Assembly (NCBI GenBank): GCA_965216685.1
Contig: OZ244195.1
Span: 529,610-593,609 of the forward strand
Length of the DNA: 64,000 bases
Direction of reading: 5' to 3'
DNA from: Acidimicrobiales bacterium
Lineage (GTDB): Bacteria; Actinomycetota; Acidimicrobiia; Acidimicrobiales; SZUA-35
Shown piece after piece: positions 19,655-28,671 of the stretch. Position 1 is the stretch's first letter. Each line of letters begins with the position of its first letter. Both the position numbers and the translations under genes were made by a program. The notes under the pieces are model-generated. The model did no database searches, was not told the origin of the DNA, and worked only from the letters and a program-made list of their open reading frames with translations.

Positions 19655-20403
19655 GAATCTTTCGGTGAATCGGGGTGAGCGGTCGGAGGAGGTACGACCA
19701 CCGGGTGCGGTGGCTGCGGTCCGATCTGAGCTCGGCCCTCGGGCCAGCTGGTCGTACTCGAACCATTCAACCTGGCGGTTTCAGCAGCCCGCTCCAATCC
19801 GAGGGTAGCCAGTAGATCCTCGTGAAGTTGGAACCACACGGTGTGGTAGGACAAAACTGTCGGTTTGGTCAACCAGTCGAGTTCGCCCCGCATCAGTCGT
19901 TGCCGGGCCTGGTCGAAAGCCGGACCGTATCGGTCGAACCGGTCGAGTACGGCCTCCAGTTCAGCACAGATCGGCTGAACAATGGCATCGATTTCGCCCA
20001 AATCGGCCAGAACCTCGGCATCGTAGTGGGGATCACCATGGTCGTTGAGCACCACCGGATCACGACTTACGATCTGCCAGCGGGTACAGACCTCCAACAT
20101 GGGCTGGTTGAGGGCACAGAACCGGTGGTAGGCCCCGGTCACCGCCGAACGGGCACCGGGCCCGGCGGCATCGAGTTCCCGGCTGAGCAGCGCCTCGCCC
20201 TCGGTCCGACCGGCCGGTGTCTGCCTCCACCGCTCATCCATGCTGCGAACGGGGGCCACCAGGCCCTCGGCCTCCAGCTCGTGGAGGGTGTCAGCCACCT
20301 GCTTCGGAGCCAGCCGGTGAACCGCGGCCAGATCGGGGGGCGTAGCCAACCCTGTCAGCCGCAGGCCGTGGAGGACCAACAAGCGGCTTCCGGTGGCGGT
20401 CAT
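19651..20403 (-). CDS. Hypothetical protein with N-terminal winged-helix-like segment
   Basis: MTATGSRLLVLHGLRLTGLATPPDLAAVHRLAPKQVADTLHELEAEGLV resembles a MarR-like wHTH. I do not recognise the C-terminal ~170 aa. ATGA overlaps at both ends couple it between SURF1 and dapA. Confidence 0.6.
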   Translation of the reverse strand: MTATGSRLLVLHGLRLTGLATPPDLAAVHRLAPKQVADTLHELEAEGLVAPVRSMDERWRQTPAGRTEGEALLSRELDAAGPGARSAVTGAYHRFCALNQPMLEVCTRWQIVSRDPVVLNDHGDPHYDAEVLADLGEIDAIVQPICAELEAVLDRFDRYGPAFDQARQRLMRGELDWLTKPTVLSYHTVWFQLHEDLLATLGLERAAETARLNGSSTTSWPEGRAQIGPQPPHPVVVPPPTAHPDSPKDS

Positions 20404-21236
20404 CGGCCCCTCGAGCGCCGCAGCAACAAGGCCCCGTAGAAGGCCGAACCCAGCGTGGCGAACACGAACCACTGGGCGGCATAGCCGAGGTGGGGCCCAT
20501 CGTCGAGCGGAGCCAGGGGAACCGGGTCGGGGAACAGCGACGGCACCTGGGAACCAGCAACGGGGTCGGCCGACCGACCGTCACTCTCCAGCTGCAGCCA
20601 GACGCCGGGTAGATCCTCATCAAGCCGAGTCGACAGATCATCGGTGTTCAGCCGGGGGATGAGTGGGCCGTCACCCTTGTCGTCGGCGCCGAACCGGCCC
20701 TTCTCCACTGACGGCCGCAACCAGCCGGTCAACGACGTCGCACCCTCCGGTGTCGACCGAAGGGCTGGACTGCTGTTGCTGGGCACAAACCCCCGGTTGA
20801 CGGCCAGAAGCGAGCCGTCACCGAGCTGGAGCAGGGCGACAACGTGCTCACCGGCAACGCCGCCCTGGGACCGGTTGACCACCCGCACCAGATCACTGTC
20901 GACAAAGGTGCCGGTGACCACCGCTGGACGGTGGTCGAGGACCTCGGGTTCGCCAATCAGGTCGTCGACCCCGTCCACCGCCAGCGGTTCAGCCGCCAGT
21001 CGTTGGGCCATGATGGCATTGGACTGCTGCCGCTCGTCGTGGCGGCTCAGTTGCCACAGGCCCAGCGTCACGAACAACGTCACCACCGAGAGGGCAAAGA
21101 TGTGGGAGAACAGCCAGAACGGTCGCCGGGCGAAGGCCCAGCGTCCAGCGGCGGCGGTCGAACGGTCGCCACCGGTCGCCGGTTCATGTGGCCCGGGGGC
21201 TGGCCCGGTGTCGGTCGAAGGGGAAACGGAAGCCAC
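20400..21236 (-). CDS. SURF1-family (cytochrome oxidase assembly) membrane protein
   Basis: RRPFWLFSHIFALSVVTLFVTLGLWQLSRHDERQ..., a C-terminal TM and YAAQWF. GTG start is uncertain. Confidence 0.8.
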   Translation of the reverse strand: MASVSPSTDTGPAPGPHEPATGGDRSTAAAGRWAFARRPFWLFSHIFALSVVTLFVTLGLWQLSRHDERQQSNAIMAQRLAAEPLAVDGVDDLIGEPEVLDHRPAVVTGTFVDSDLVRVVNRSQGGVAGEHVVALLQLGDGSLLAVNRGFVPSNSSPALRSTPEGATSLTGWLRPSVEKGRFGADDKGDGPLIPRLNTDDLSTRLDEDLPGVWLQLESDGRSADPVAGSQVPSLFPDPVPLAPLDDGPHLGYAAQWFVFATLGSAFYGALLLRRSRGR

Positions 21237-21239
21237 AGC

Positions 21240-22103
21240 ATGGCCAACGGTATCGGGCCGGGCCGTGATCTTCGGTCAACCGACGCCGGGGAGTTTTTGC
21301 CGGCGGATTCTGCGAGACTGCGAAACGTGAGATTGGAGCGAGGTCAGCCTCCCAGCCGCTGGGTTGTACGGCTCGTCATCGGTTACGTGGTCGTCACCCA
21401 GGTGGCGGCCATCGTCGGCGATCTCAACACCGCGCTCTGGTTCGACCGTCACCCGGCACTGCTGATCGCCTTGAACCCTCGCAACCGGATCCTCACCCTG
21501 ACCACGATCCACCTCGACGCCGCCACCTACTACACCGTCGGCTTCCTTCGCCTCGTGGCCTCCGACCCCGTCTACTATCTCCTGGGCTACTGGTACGGTG
21601 ACCGGGCCATTGCCTGGATCGAGCGGCGAAGCAGAACCTACGGGCCGATCATCCGCGAGGGGCAGAACTACTTCCGCAAGATCGCCTACCCGCTGATCTT
21701 CATCATGCCCAACAACATCATCTGCGCCATGTCGGCGGCCACCGGTGTTCGCATCCTTCCCTTCATCGCCCTGAACCTGAGCGGCACCGTGGCCCGGCTC
21801 GTACTCATCCGCCAGCTGGGCGAGACCTTCGAATCGCCGTTGCAGGGGGTGGGCGGCTTCATCGCCGAATATCGGATTCAGATCTTCATCATCTCGGCCA
21901 TCGCCGTGGCCTGGACCGTCTACAACGAATTCTTCAGCGGGCAGGGTGAAGCCCGGTCGCTGCTGCAGATGACGAGCGAAGAGGGAACCGAATCGGTCGA
22001 GTCGGACGAGCAGGCGGTCAACGATGGCGACAGCGACGGCGAGACCCAGGAACGGGCCGCCACCGTGCTAGATGTCGAGGATCCGGTCGAGTCCGACGGT
22101 TAA
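21240..22103 (+). CDS. DedA/VTT (SNARE-associated)-like membrane protein with acidic C-terminal tail
   Basis: Multi-TM region LLGYWYGDRAIAWIERR...IFIMPNNIICAMSAATG. The first ~30 codons have poor GC3, so the true start may be further downstream. The 3' end overlaps convergent dapB by 36 nt. Confidence 0.6.
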   Translation: MANGIGPGRDLRSTDAGEFLPADSARLRNVRLERGQPPSRWVVRLVIGYVVVTQVAAIVGDLNTALWFDRHPALLIALNPRNRILTLTTIHLDAATYYTVGFLRLVASDPVYYLLGYWYGDRAIAWIERRSRTYGPIIREGQNYFRKIAYPLIFIMPNNIICAMSAATGVRILPFIALNLSGTVARLVLIRQLGETFESPLQGVGGFIAEYRIQIFIISAIAVAWTVYNEFFSGQGEARSLLQMTSEEGTESVESDEQAVNDGDSDGETQERAATVLDVEDPVESDG

Positions 22104-22868
22104 CCCCTCGACCTCGGCGATTCGCCGCACCGCCAGGATGACCCCGGGCATGAACGACGATCGATCGTAGGAGTCGTGACGGAGCTGCAGGGTCTGCCCC
22201 ATGGTTCCCAGTAGCACCTCCTGGTGGGCGACCATGCCCCGCATCCGAACCGAGTGGATGGGAATGTCGGCCGGGCCCTTGGCCCCGCGAGCTCCAGCGA
22301 TGGTCTCCGACCGGGTTGGATCGGGGGCCCAGGCGCTGTTGGCGGCGGCGATCCGTTCGGCCGTCGACACCGCGGTACCGCTGGGGGCGTCGATCTTGGC
22401 GTCGTGATGGAGTTCGATGATCTCGGCCGTATCGAAATACGGCGCGGCCAGTTCGGCGAACCGGATCATCAGGACGGCGCCGATGGCGAAGTTGGGGGCG
22501 ATGAGGCAGTTCGATGATGTGAACCGCTCCCGGATCGACCCGTAGTCGGCCTCGGTGAATCCTGATGTGCCGACGACGCCATGGATACCGTGATCGGCAC
22601 AGAAGGCGAGGTTGCTGCGAGCGGCGTCGACGTGAGTGAAGTCGACCATGACGTCGACCTGGGAGCCCCCTCCTGCGATCAGCGACTCGGGGGTCGACAC
22701 CACAGGAAAGTGCTTGTCGCTGACACCGGTCACCTCACCGACATCAATGCCTTCGAACGACGGGTCGACGGCGGCCACCAGGTCGAGCCCGTCAGCGGAA
22801 CAGATGGCATGAGCCACCGCCGACCCCATGCGCCCGCCGGCTCCGAAAACTCCGACGCGAATCGACAT
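22068..22868 (-). CDS. dapB: 4-hydroxy-tetrahydrodipicolinate reductase
   Basis: MSIRVGVFGAGGRMG... and EIIELHHDAKIDAPSGTA. ATG 22868 is preceded by AAGGAG. Confidence 0.93.
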   Translation of the reverse strand: MSIRVGVFGAGGRMGSAVAHAICSADGLDLVAAVDPSFEGIDVGEVTGVSDKHFPVVSTPESLIAGGGSQVDVMVDFTHVDAARSNLAFCADHGIHGVVGTSGFTEADYGSIRERFTSSNCLIAPNFAIGAVLMIRFAELAAPYFDTAEIIELHHDAKIDAPSGTAVSTAERIAAANSAWAPDPTRSETIAGARGAKGPADIPIHSVRMRGMVAHQEVLLGTMGQTLQLRHDSYDRSSFMPGVILAVRRIAEVEGLTVGLDRILDI

Positions 22869-22899
22869 GGTGACTCTCCTTGGTTGGCGATCACTGACC

Positions 22900-22934
22900 A
22901 CGAGATGGTGGAGCGTTGCCGCCCCACCATCTCG
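22900..22934 (-). terminator. Strong hairpin 3' of pnp
   Basis: acgagatggtgg-(11 nt)-ccaccatctcgt, a 12-bp perfect stem 60 nt downstream of the pnp stop. No U-tract. Confidence 0.45.
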
Positions 22935-22993
22935 TCAGATCAGGTTAGTGTCCGGTCCGGATTGTGCGCGGGGGGAACCCGGACTGCGAAAAC

Positions 22994-25453
22994 TCAGTTG
23001 CGGTTGCGGCCTCGGCCCCGACCTCGACGGCCACGGTTGCGTCGATCGTCGTCGGAAACCACGGCGGCCCCTTCGGGACCGAGATCACCGAAGCCCTCCG
23101 GCTCGAAGTCGGCCTCGAACGACATCGAGACGGCGTCGTCGCCGCCTCGGGCATCATCCCGGGACCCACCGCGACCACGACCACGGTCACGATCACGATC
23201 GCCCCGACCCCGGCCACCACGGTCACCGCGGTCGTTCGATCGTCCGCCACCGCTGGTGTAGTCGTTCTCGTCCCCGGCGATCTTGAGCGATACCTTGCCG
23301 TTGGGGTCGATGTCCTCGACCATGACCTCGATCTCCTGACCGAGTTCGAGCACGTCCTCGACCTTGTCGATCCGCTTGCCCTGCCCGATCTTGGAGATGT
23401 GGAGCAGGCCGTCTCGGCCGGGGAGGATGTTGACGAATGCGCCGAACTTGGTGATGTTCACCACCCGGCCGGCGTAGGTCTCGCCCACATCGGCGGTGGG
23501 CGGATCGAGGATCAGACGGATCTGACGCTCGGCTTCCTCCACCACCTCGCGGTCGGTGGCGGCGATGGACACCATGCCGACCTGACCGTCGTCGTCGACC
23601 GAGATGTCGGCCCCGGTTTCGGCCTGGATCGAGTTGATTACCTTACCCTTGGGCCCGATGACCTCGCCGATCTTGTCGACCGGGATCTCGAAGCTGATGA
23701 TCTTCGGTGCACCCTCCCGCACGTCGTCGCGAGGGGCGGGAATAGCCTTGGCCATCACGTCGAGGATCTGAAGGCGAGCCTCCTTGGCCTGATTGAGGGC
23801 GTCGGCCAGCACGTCGGCCGGGATGCCGTCGATCTTGGTGTCGAGCTGCAAGGCGGTCACGAAGTCGGAGGTACCGGCCACCTTGAAGTCCATGTCACCG
23901 AAGGCGTCTTCGGCTCCCAGGATGTCGGTGAGCGTGGTGTACTTGCCCTCGGCGTAGACCAGGCCCATGGCGATACCGGCCACCGGAGCCTTGATGGGAA
24001 CACCGGCGTCCATCAGCGAAAGCGACGAACCGCAGACCGAAGCCATCGAAGTCGAACCGTTGGACGAGAGGACCTCGGAAACGAGGCGCAGGGTGTAGGG
24101 CCACTCCTCCTCGGTGGGAACCACGGGTACCAGGGCCCGCTCGGCCAGCAGACCGTGGCCGATCTCGCGGCGCTTGGGGCCCCGCATGAAGCCCGTCTCA
24201 CCGGTGGAGAACGGCGGGAAGTTGTAGTGGTGCATGTAGCGCTTGCGCTCGGTCGGGTCGATGCCGTCGATGAGCTGGTCCATCCGCTTCATGCCCAGGG
24301 TGGTGATGTTGAGGACCTGGGTCTCGCCCCGCTGGAACAGGCCCGATCCGTGGACCCGGGGGACGACCCCGACCTCGGATGAGAGGGGCCGCAGGTCCGA
24401 GGTGCCGCGACCGTCGATCCGGAACCCGTCTTCGACAATGCGGCGACGCACCACGTTCTTGGACAGCGAACGGAAGGCGGCTTTGAGCTGCTTGGTGGCC
24501 AGAGCCGTGTCGCCGTCGTCGGTGGCGAAGCGGGAGGTCAGCGCCTCCAGGACCTCGTCACGCAGGGCACCCTCGGCTTCCCCCCGCTCGACCTTGTCGG
24601 CAATGCCCATGACCTCGGTCATGCGGGACTCGGCCGCATCGGACACCGCGGCGTACTGCTCGTCGGTGTAGTCGACCTGGACCGGGAAGTCCATGAACTC
24701 CTTGCGGCCACCGTTGGCCTCGACCAGCTCGAGCTGGAGGGCCACCGCTTCCTTGATGTAGATCTTGGCCTGCTCCAGACCGTCGGCGAGGACGGCCTCG
24801 TCGACCTTGGGGGCCCCGTTTTCGTAGTTGGTCCACGAGCTGGTGGTACCACCGGCCTCCACCATCATGATGGCCACGTCGCCGTTGTCGAGCTGGCGTC
24901 CGGCGACCACGATCTCGAACGACGAGGCGTCGCCCTCGGCGAAGGTGGGGTGGGGCAGCCACTCACCGTCGTCGGTGTAGGCCAGGCGGACGGCACCGAT
25001 GGGGCCGTCGAAGGGGATGTCCGACACCATGAGAGCGGCCGAGGCGGCGTTGATGGCCATGACATCATGGGGGTTGGCCATGTCGGCCGAGAGCACCGTG
25101 ACCACGACGTGGGTCTCGTTGCGATAGCCGTCGGGGAACGACGGCCGCAGCGGGCGGTCTATCAGTCGACAGGTCAAGGTGGCGGTGTCGGGGGCCCGAC
25201 CCTCGCGGCGGAAGAACGAACCGGGGATCTTGCCGGCGGCATAGGACCGCTCCTCGACATCAACCGTGAGGGGGAAGAAGTCGATGCCGTCGCGGGGTGA
25301 GCGGGCCGCCGTGGCGGTGACCAAGATGCTGGTGTCGCCCATACGGGCGCGGACCGAGCCGCCGGCCAGACCGGCCAGCTTGCCTGTTTCCAGGCTCAGG
25401 TCGGGGCCATCACCGGCGGTGACGGTCCCGGACACGGAAACTAGTTCCGTCAT
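22994..25453 (-). CDS. pnp: Polyribonucleotide nucleotidyltransferase (PNPase) with ~90-aa RG/RGG-rich C-terminal tail
   Basis: Two RNase PH domains, KH and S1 (GRVVNITKFGAFVNILPGRDGLLHIS). Tail ...GGGRSNDRGDRGGRGRGDRDRDRGRGRGG...RRNRGRRGRGRGRNRN. ATG 25453 is preceded by GAGGAG. Confidence 0.95.
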   Translation of the reverse strand: MTELVSVSGTVTAGDGPDLSLETGKLAGLAGGSVRARMGDTSILVTATAARSPRDGIDFFPLTVDVEERSYAAGKIPGSFFRREGRAPDTATLTCRLIDRPLRPSFPDGYRNETHVVVTVLSADMANPHDVMAINAASAALMVSDIPFDGPIGAVRLAYTDDGEWLPHPTFAEGDASSFEIVVAGRQLDNGDVAIMMVEAGGTTSSWTNYENGAPKVDEAVLADGLEQAKIYIKEAVALQLELVEANGGRKEFMDFPVQVDYTDEQYAAVSDAAESRMTEVMGIADKVERGEAEGALRDEVLEALTSRFATDDGDTALATKQLKAAFRSLSKNVVRRRIVEDGFRIDGRGTSDLRPLSSEVGVVPRVHGSGLFQRGETQVLNITTLGMKRMDQLIDGIDPTERKRYMHHYNFPPFSTGETGFMRGPKRREIGHGLLAERALVPVVPTEEEWPYTLRLVSEVLSSNGSTSMASVCGSSLSLMDAGVPIKAPVAGIAMGLVYAEGKYTTLTDILGAEDAFGDMDFKVAGTSDFVTALQLDTKIDGIPADVLADALNQAKEARLQILDVMAKAIPAPRDDVREGAPKIISFEIPVDKIGEVIGPKGKVINSIQAETGADISVDDDGQVGMVSIAATDREVVEEAERQIRLILDPPTADVGETYAGRVVNITKFGAFVNILPGRDGLLHISKIGQGKRIDKVEDVLELGQEIEVMVEDIDPNGKVSLKIAGDENDYTSGGGRSNDRGDRGGRGRGDRDRDRGRGRGGSRDDARGGDDAVSMSFEADFEPEGFGDLGPEGAAVVSDDDRRNRGRRGRGRGRNRN

Positions 25454-25479
25454 TGGGAATCTCCTCTGAACTTGTAGTC

Positions 25480-25500
25480 GGCACACGACCTTCGTGCGCC
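25480..25500 (-). promoter_or_regulatory. SD-proximal hairpin in the pnp leader
   Basis: On the sense (minus) strand, ggcgcacga-agg-tcgtgtgcc forms a 9-bp stem including one G-U. It lies about 10 nt upstream of the pnp SD. Confidence 0.3.
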
Positions 25501-25816
25501 CTTACAGGTCAGATCCCAGATTTTGACCACTCGATCCTGGAGCGATGTCGCATTCCGGCATTGTCAGGCCGGTGACCACGGCGGCGGGGACCGAGGAGCC
25601 CAAAACTGGCAGCTGACCCATCATCTACGGCAACAGCACCGCGCTCATGGCGAAGCGTGTTGCGTGCTCAGATCATGCTATCGGCATTCTCGGCAAAGCA
25701 TGTGAATACCGGCCAACAGTCGTCGCGTCCATTCTGCCGGTGCCACGCTTCGATATCGACGCCTAGGGCCGCCAGAACGGGGTCCGGGCAGATCCGAGGC
25801 CGTGCCCAGGGCCAGG

Positions 25817-26095
25817 CTAGCGGCGGAGACCGAGTTCGGCGATGAGGGAGCGATAGCGCTCGACGTCGATCGAGGCCAGGTAGTCGAGCATGCGACGACG
25901 GCGACCCACCAGGGCCAAGAGGCCACGCTGGGTGTGATAGTCCTTTTTGTGGACCTTGAGGTGCTCGGTCAGATGGTTGATCCGATCGGTGGCCAGCGCG
26001 ATCTGGACCTCGGGCGAGCCGGTATCGCCCTCGGAGCGGGCGAACTTGGCGATGGTGTCGGCTTTCGGCTTCAGGTTGGCCGCTTTGTTACTCAC
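25817..26095 (-). CDS. rpsO: 30S ribosomal protein S15
   Basis: ...[53 protein letters not shown] 26095. The track ORF is over-extended. Confidence 0.93.
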   Translation of the reverse strand: MSNKAANLKPKADTIAKFARSEGDTGSPEVQIALATDRINHLTEHLKVHKKDYHTQRGLLALVGRRRRMLDYLASIDVERYRSLIAELGLRR

Positions 26096-26256
26096 TGTGA
26101 TCGAATCTCCATGGATGAGGCCGCGACCTGCGGATTGGCAGGCCAAGCGGCGACGGTTGAAGGGTGGGACCCGGGGCCCGGCCGTCGAGACCGTGGGAGA
26201 CACGGGTCGAGACAGCAACCAACAATGCTACCGTCGAGCGGAGATCACCCCAACGG

Positions 26257-27276
26257 TCAGCGCTGGTCGAGGATCTGGCGGGCCGAAGCGACGTCGTTCA
26301 CGAGTTGGGCGGCCAGGGCCTCGATCCCATCGAACCGCTCCTCGCCCCGCAACCGCCGCACGAACTGCACCCGGGCCGGTTGATGGTAGAGGTCGCCGTC
26401 GAAATCGATCAGATGAGCCTCGATCAGAGAGTGTTCGGCATGCTCGTAGAAGGTGGGGCGGCGACCGACGTTGATGGCCGCCTGCCACCGAGTGCCGTCG
26501 GGGAAGACGTACCATCCGGCATAGACGCCGTCGCCCGGCACAGCGAAACCCGGTTCCACCATCACATTGGCGGTGGGAAAGCCGATGGTGCGACCCCGCT
26601 TGTCGCCGGGAGCGACCACTCCCCTCACCTCGTGGGGGCGTCCGAGCAGGCGGGCGGCCAGGGCCACCTCGCCGACATTGAGGGCGCGGCGGATGGCGGT
26701 CGACGACACGGCCGGGCCGAGGTCGACGAAGTCGACATCATGGCCCGTCAGTTCCGATGAGTGTTGCGGCCGGGGAACCAGTTCACGGCCGTAGACCTCG
26801 AAACCGGCCTCGGCTCCCATCCGGGTCAACAGCTCGACGTCGCCCCGGCGGCCCTTGCCGAATCGGAAGTCGGATCCAACCACGACTGCCCTGGCCGCCA
26901 GTACTCCAACCAGAACCGAGGTGATGAAGTCCTCGGCCGACTCGGCGGCCCTCGTTTCGTCGAAGGGCACGACCACCACGGCGTCCAGACCGGTTTCGGC
27001 CAGTAGCTCGAGCTTGTGATCGATGCTGGTCAACAGGTCGGGGGCCAGATCAGGGCGCAGAACCTTGGCCGGGTGGGGGAAGAAGGTGACAAGGGCCGAC
27101 TTGACCGACAGCCGGGCGGCCAGCGCCCGCACTCCTTCGATGACGGTCCGGTGGCCGAGGTGAACCCCGTCGAAAACCCCGATCGTCAGGGCGTGGGCGG
27201 CGTCGGCCGGCGGGCCATCGCATGCCGACTCGGCCAGCTCCCTGGCGGCCCCCTCGAGGTCGGTGATGATCCTCAC
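26257..27276 (-). CDS. ribF: Bifunctional riboflavin kinase / FMN adenylyltransferase
   Basis: TIGVFDGVHLGHR..., PTANV and RPTF...E.H..DF motifs. The start (GTG 27276) is a prediction and no clear SD is present. Confidence 0.88.
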   Translation of the reverse strand: MRIITDLEGAARELAESACDGPPADAAHALTIGVFDGVHLGHRTVIEGVRALAARLSVKSALVTFFPHPAKVLRPDLAPDLLTSIDHKLELLAETGLDAVVVVPFDETRAAESAEDFITSVLVGVLAARAVVVGSDFRFGKGRRGDVELLTRMGAEAGFEVYGRELVPRPQHSSELTGHDVDFVDLGPAVSSTAIRRALNVGEVALAARLLGRPHEVRGVVAPGDKRGRTIGFPTANVMVEPGFAVPGDGVYAGWYVFPDGTRWQAAINVGRRPTFYEHAEHSLIEAHLIDFDGDLYHQPARVQFVRRLRGEERFDGIEALAAQLVNDVASARQILDQR

Positions 27277-27295
27277 AGCAATCGAACGTATCGGG

Positions 27296-28189
27296 TCATG
27301 AACCGACCAACACTTTGGCCGGGCAGAGTTCCCCCTGGCGCACCTCGTAGACGGCCAGCAACGTGCCGTCGGGACCCTTGATGGCAAACCGTCCCGCTCC
27401 CCCACTGGGGCCGAGCTTCTGTCCGTGAGAAACCCGTTGGGCCATCTGGGCGTCGACCTCAAGCATCGGCATTCGGCCGAGCAACAGATCGAGAGGTTGG
27501 AGGGTGAAGTCATCCATCGGTTGGGCGCTATCAAGACCGATGGAGCCCACCGACGTCCGCCGCAGGTGGCGCAGGTGAGCACCACCACCGAGGGCGTGTC
27601 CGAGGTCGGCGGCCAGGGTTCGGATGTAGGTTCCGGATGAGCAGTCGACCGATACGGCGAACACCGCCGGGTCGGAGGTGGGCCCCACGTCGAACCGGTG
27701 GACCGTGACCGGGCGGGCCGGCCGCTCCACCTCGATACCCTGGCGAGCCAACTCGTGCAACCGTTTCCCGGCCACCTTCACCGCCGACACCATCGGCGGG
27801 ATCTGTTCGATGGCTCCGGTCAGGGCGGCAGCCGCCGCCTGCACATCGTCGACGGTCATTTCTGGCATCTCGTGGGTGGCCGTGACCTCACCCGAGGCGT
27901 CCAGAGTGGATGTCTCCACCCCCATCACTACCTCGCCGATGTAGCTCTTGTCGGAGCCGGTGGTGAACTCCAGGAGCTTGGTGCCCAGCCCGACCCCGAG
28001 GACCAGCACCCCGGTGGCGTCGGGATCAAGGGTCCCGGCGTGCCCCACCTTGCGGGTGCCGAGAGACTTGCGCACGACGTCGACCACATCGTGACTGGTG
28101 CAGCCGGGCGGCTTGTCGATGACCACCGCTCCCGACAAACCGGAGTCGGGACGGCGGGAACTCCGACTGCGTCCTCGGCCCCGACTCAC
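27296..28189 (-). CDS. truB: tRNA pseudouridine-55 synthase
   Basis: GAVVIDKPPGCTSHDVV...GHAGTLDPDATGVLVLGVG (catalytic Asp motif). GTG 28189 lies 1 nt after the rbfA stop. Confidence 0.92.
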   Translation of the reverse strand: MSRGRGRSRSSRRPDSGLSGAVVIDKPPGCTSHDVVDVVRKSLGTRKVGHAGTLDPDATGVLVLGVGLGTKLLEFTTGSDKSYIGEVVMGVETSTLDASGEVTATHEMPEMTVDDVQAAAAALTGAIEQIPPMVSAVKVAGKRLHELARQGIEVERPARPVTVHRFDVGPTSDPAVFAVSVDCSSGTYIRTLAADLGHALGGGAHLRHLRRTSVGSIGLDSAQPMDDFTLQPLDLLLGRMPMLEVDAQMAQRVSHGQKLGPSGGAGRFAIKGPDGTLLAVYEVRQGELCPAKVLVGS

Positions 28190-28190
28190 C

Positions 28191-28670
28191 TCAGCCGTCC
28201 CGGTCCGACTCGTCGTTGATGGCGGCCAGGATCTCATCGATGCGGGCCCCGCTGCGAACGGCCGGGTCAACGGCGAAGACCACCTCCGGCGTCTTACGGA
28301 TTCGGGCCTCCCGCCCGATCTTGGCCTGAACCGCTTTCCGGTAGTCGGCCAACGCTTCGAGCAGTTGGCGGTCGTGGTCGATGGAGGAGGATTCGTCGTC
28401 GGATTCGACAACACCCATGGCCGAGACATAGACCTGGGCCCGGTTCAGATCGTTGTCGACCTCCACGCCGGTCACCGTGAGCATCTCGAATCGTTCGTCG
28501 TCGACACGCTCGAAGAAGTCGGCCACGATCTCGTGCAGCAGCGTGTTGAGGCGGGCGGTACGGGGGAACTGACGGTTGGTGGCCGGTCGCTTGGACCGGG
28601 AACGGCCACCGCTTGACCGGCCGCCACCTCGCCCGCCGCCGCCTCGGTTTGATCGTGATGAACCAGCCAC
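28191..28670 (-). CDS. rbfA: Ribosome-binding factor A with RGG-rich N-terminal extension
   Basis: Core RTARLNTLLHEIVADFFERV...LTVTGVEVDNDLNRAQVYV, preceded by VAGSSRSNRGGGGRGGGRSSGGRSRSKR. GTG 28670 lies 1 nt after the DUF503 stop. Confidence 0.85.
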   Translation of the reverse strand: MAGSSRSNRGGGGRGGGRSSGGRSRSKRPATNRQFPRTARLNTLLHEIVADFFERVDDERFEMLTVTGVEVDNDLNRAQVYVSAMGVVESDDESSSIDHDRQLLEALADYRKAVQAKIGREARIRKTPEVVFAVDPAVRSGARIDEILAAINDESDRDG

Positions 28671-28671
28671 G

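Noticed and set aside
21240-22103. Lower local GC (about 52-57% in sampled stretches) of the VTT/DedA-like gene as evidence of horizontal transfer
   Set aside because: The estimate comes from a few hand-counted 60-nt blocks. Membrane-protein amino-acid bias (I/F/L/Y/N) can explain it, and there are no flanking mobility signatures.
22964-24382. 472-aa plus-strand ORF
   Set aside because: It is antisense to pnp, which has an unambiguous full-length domain structure. This is a high-GC antisense artefact.
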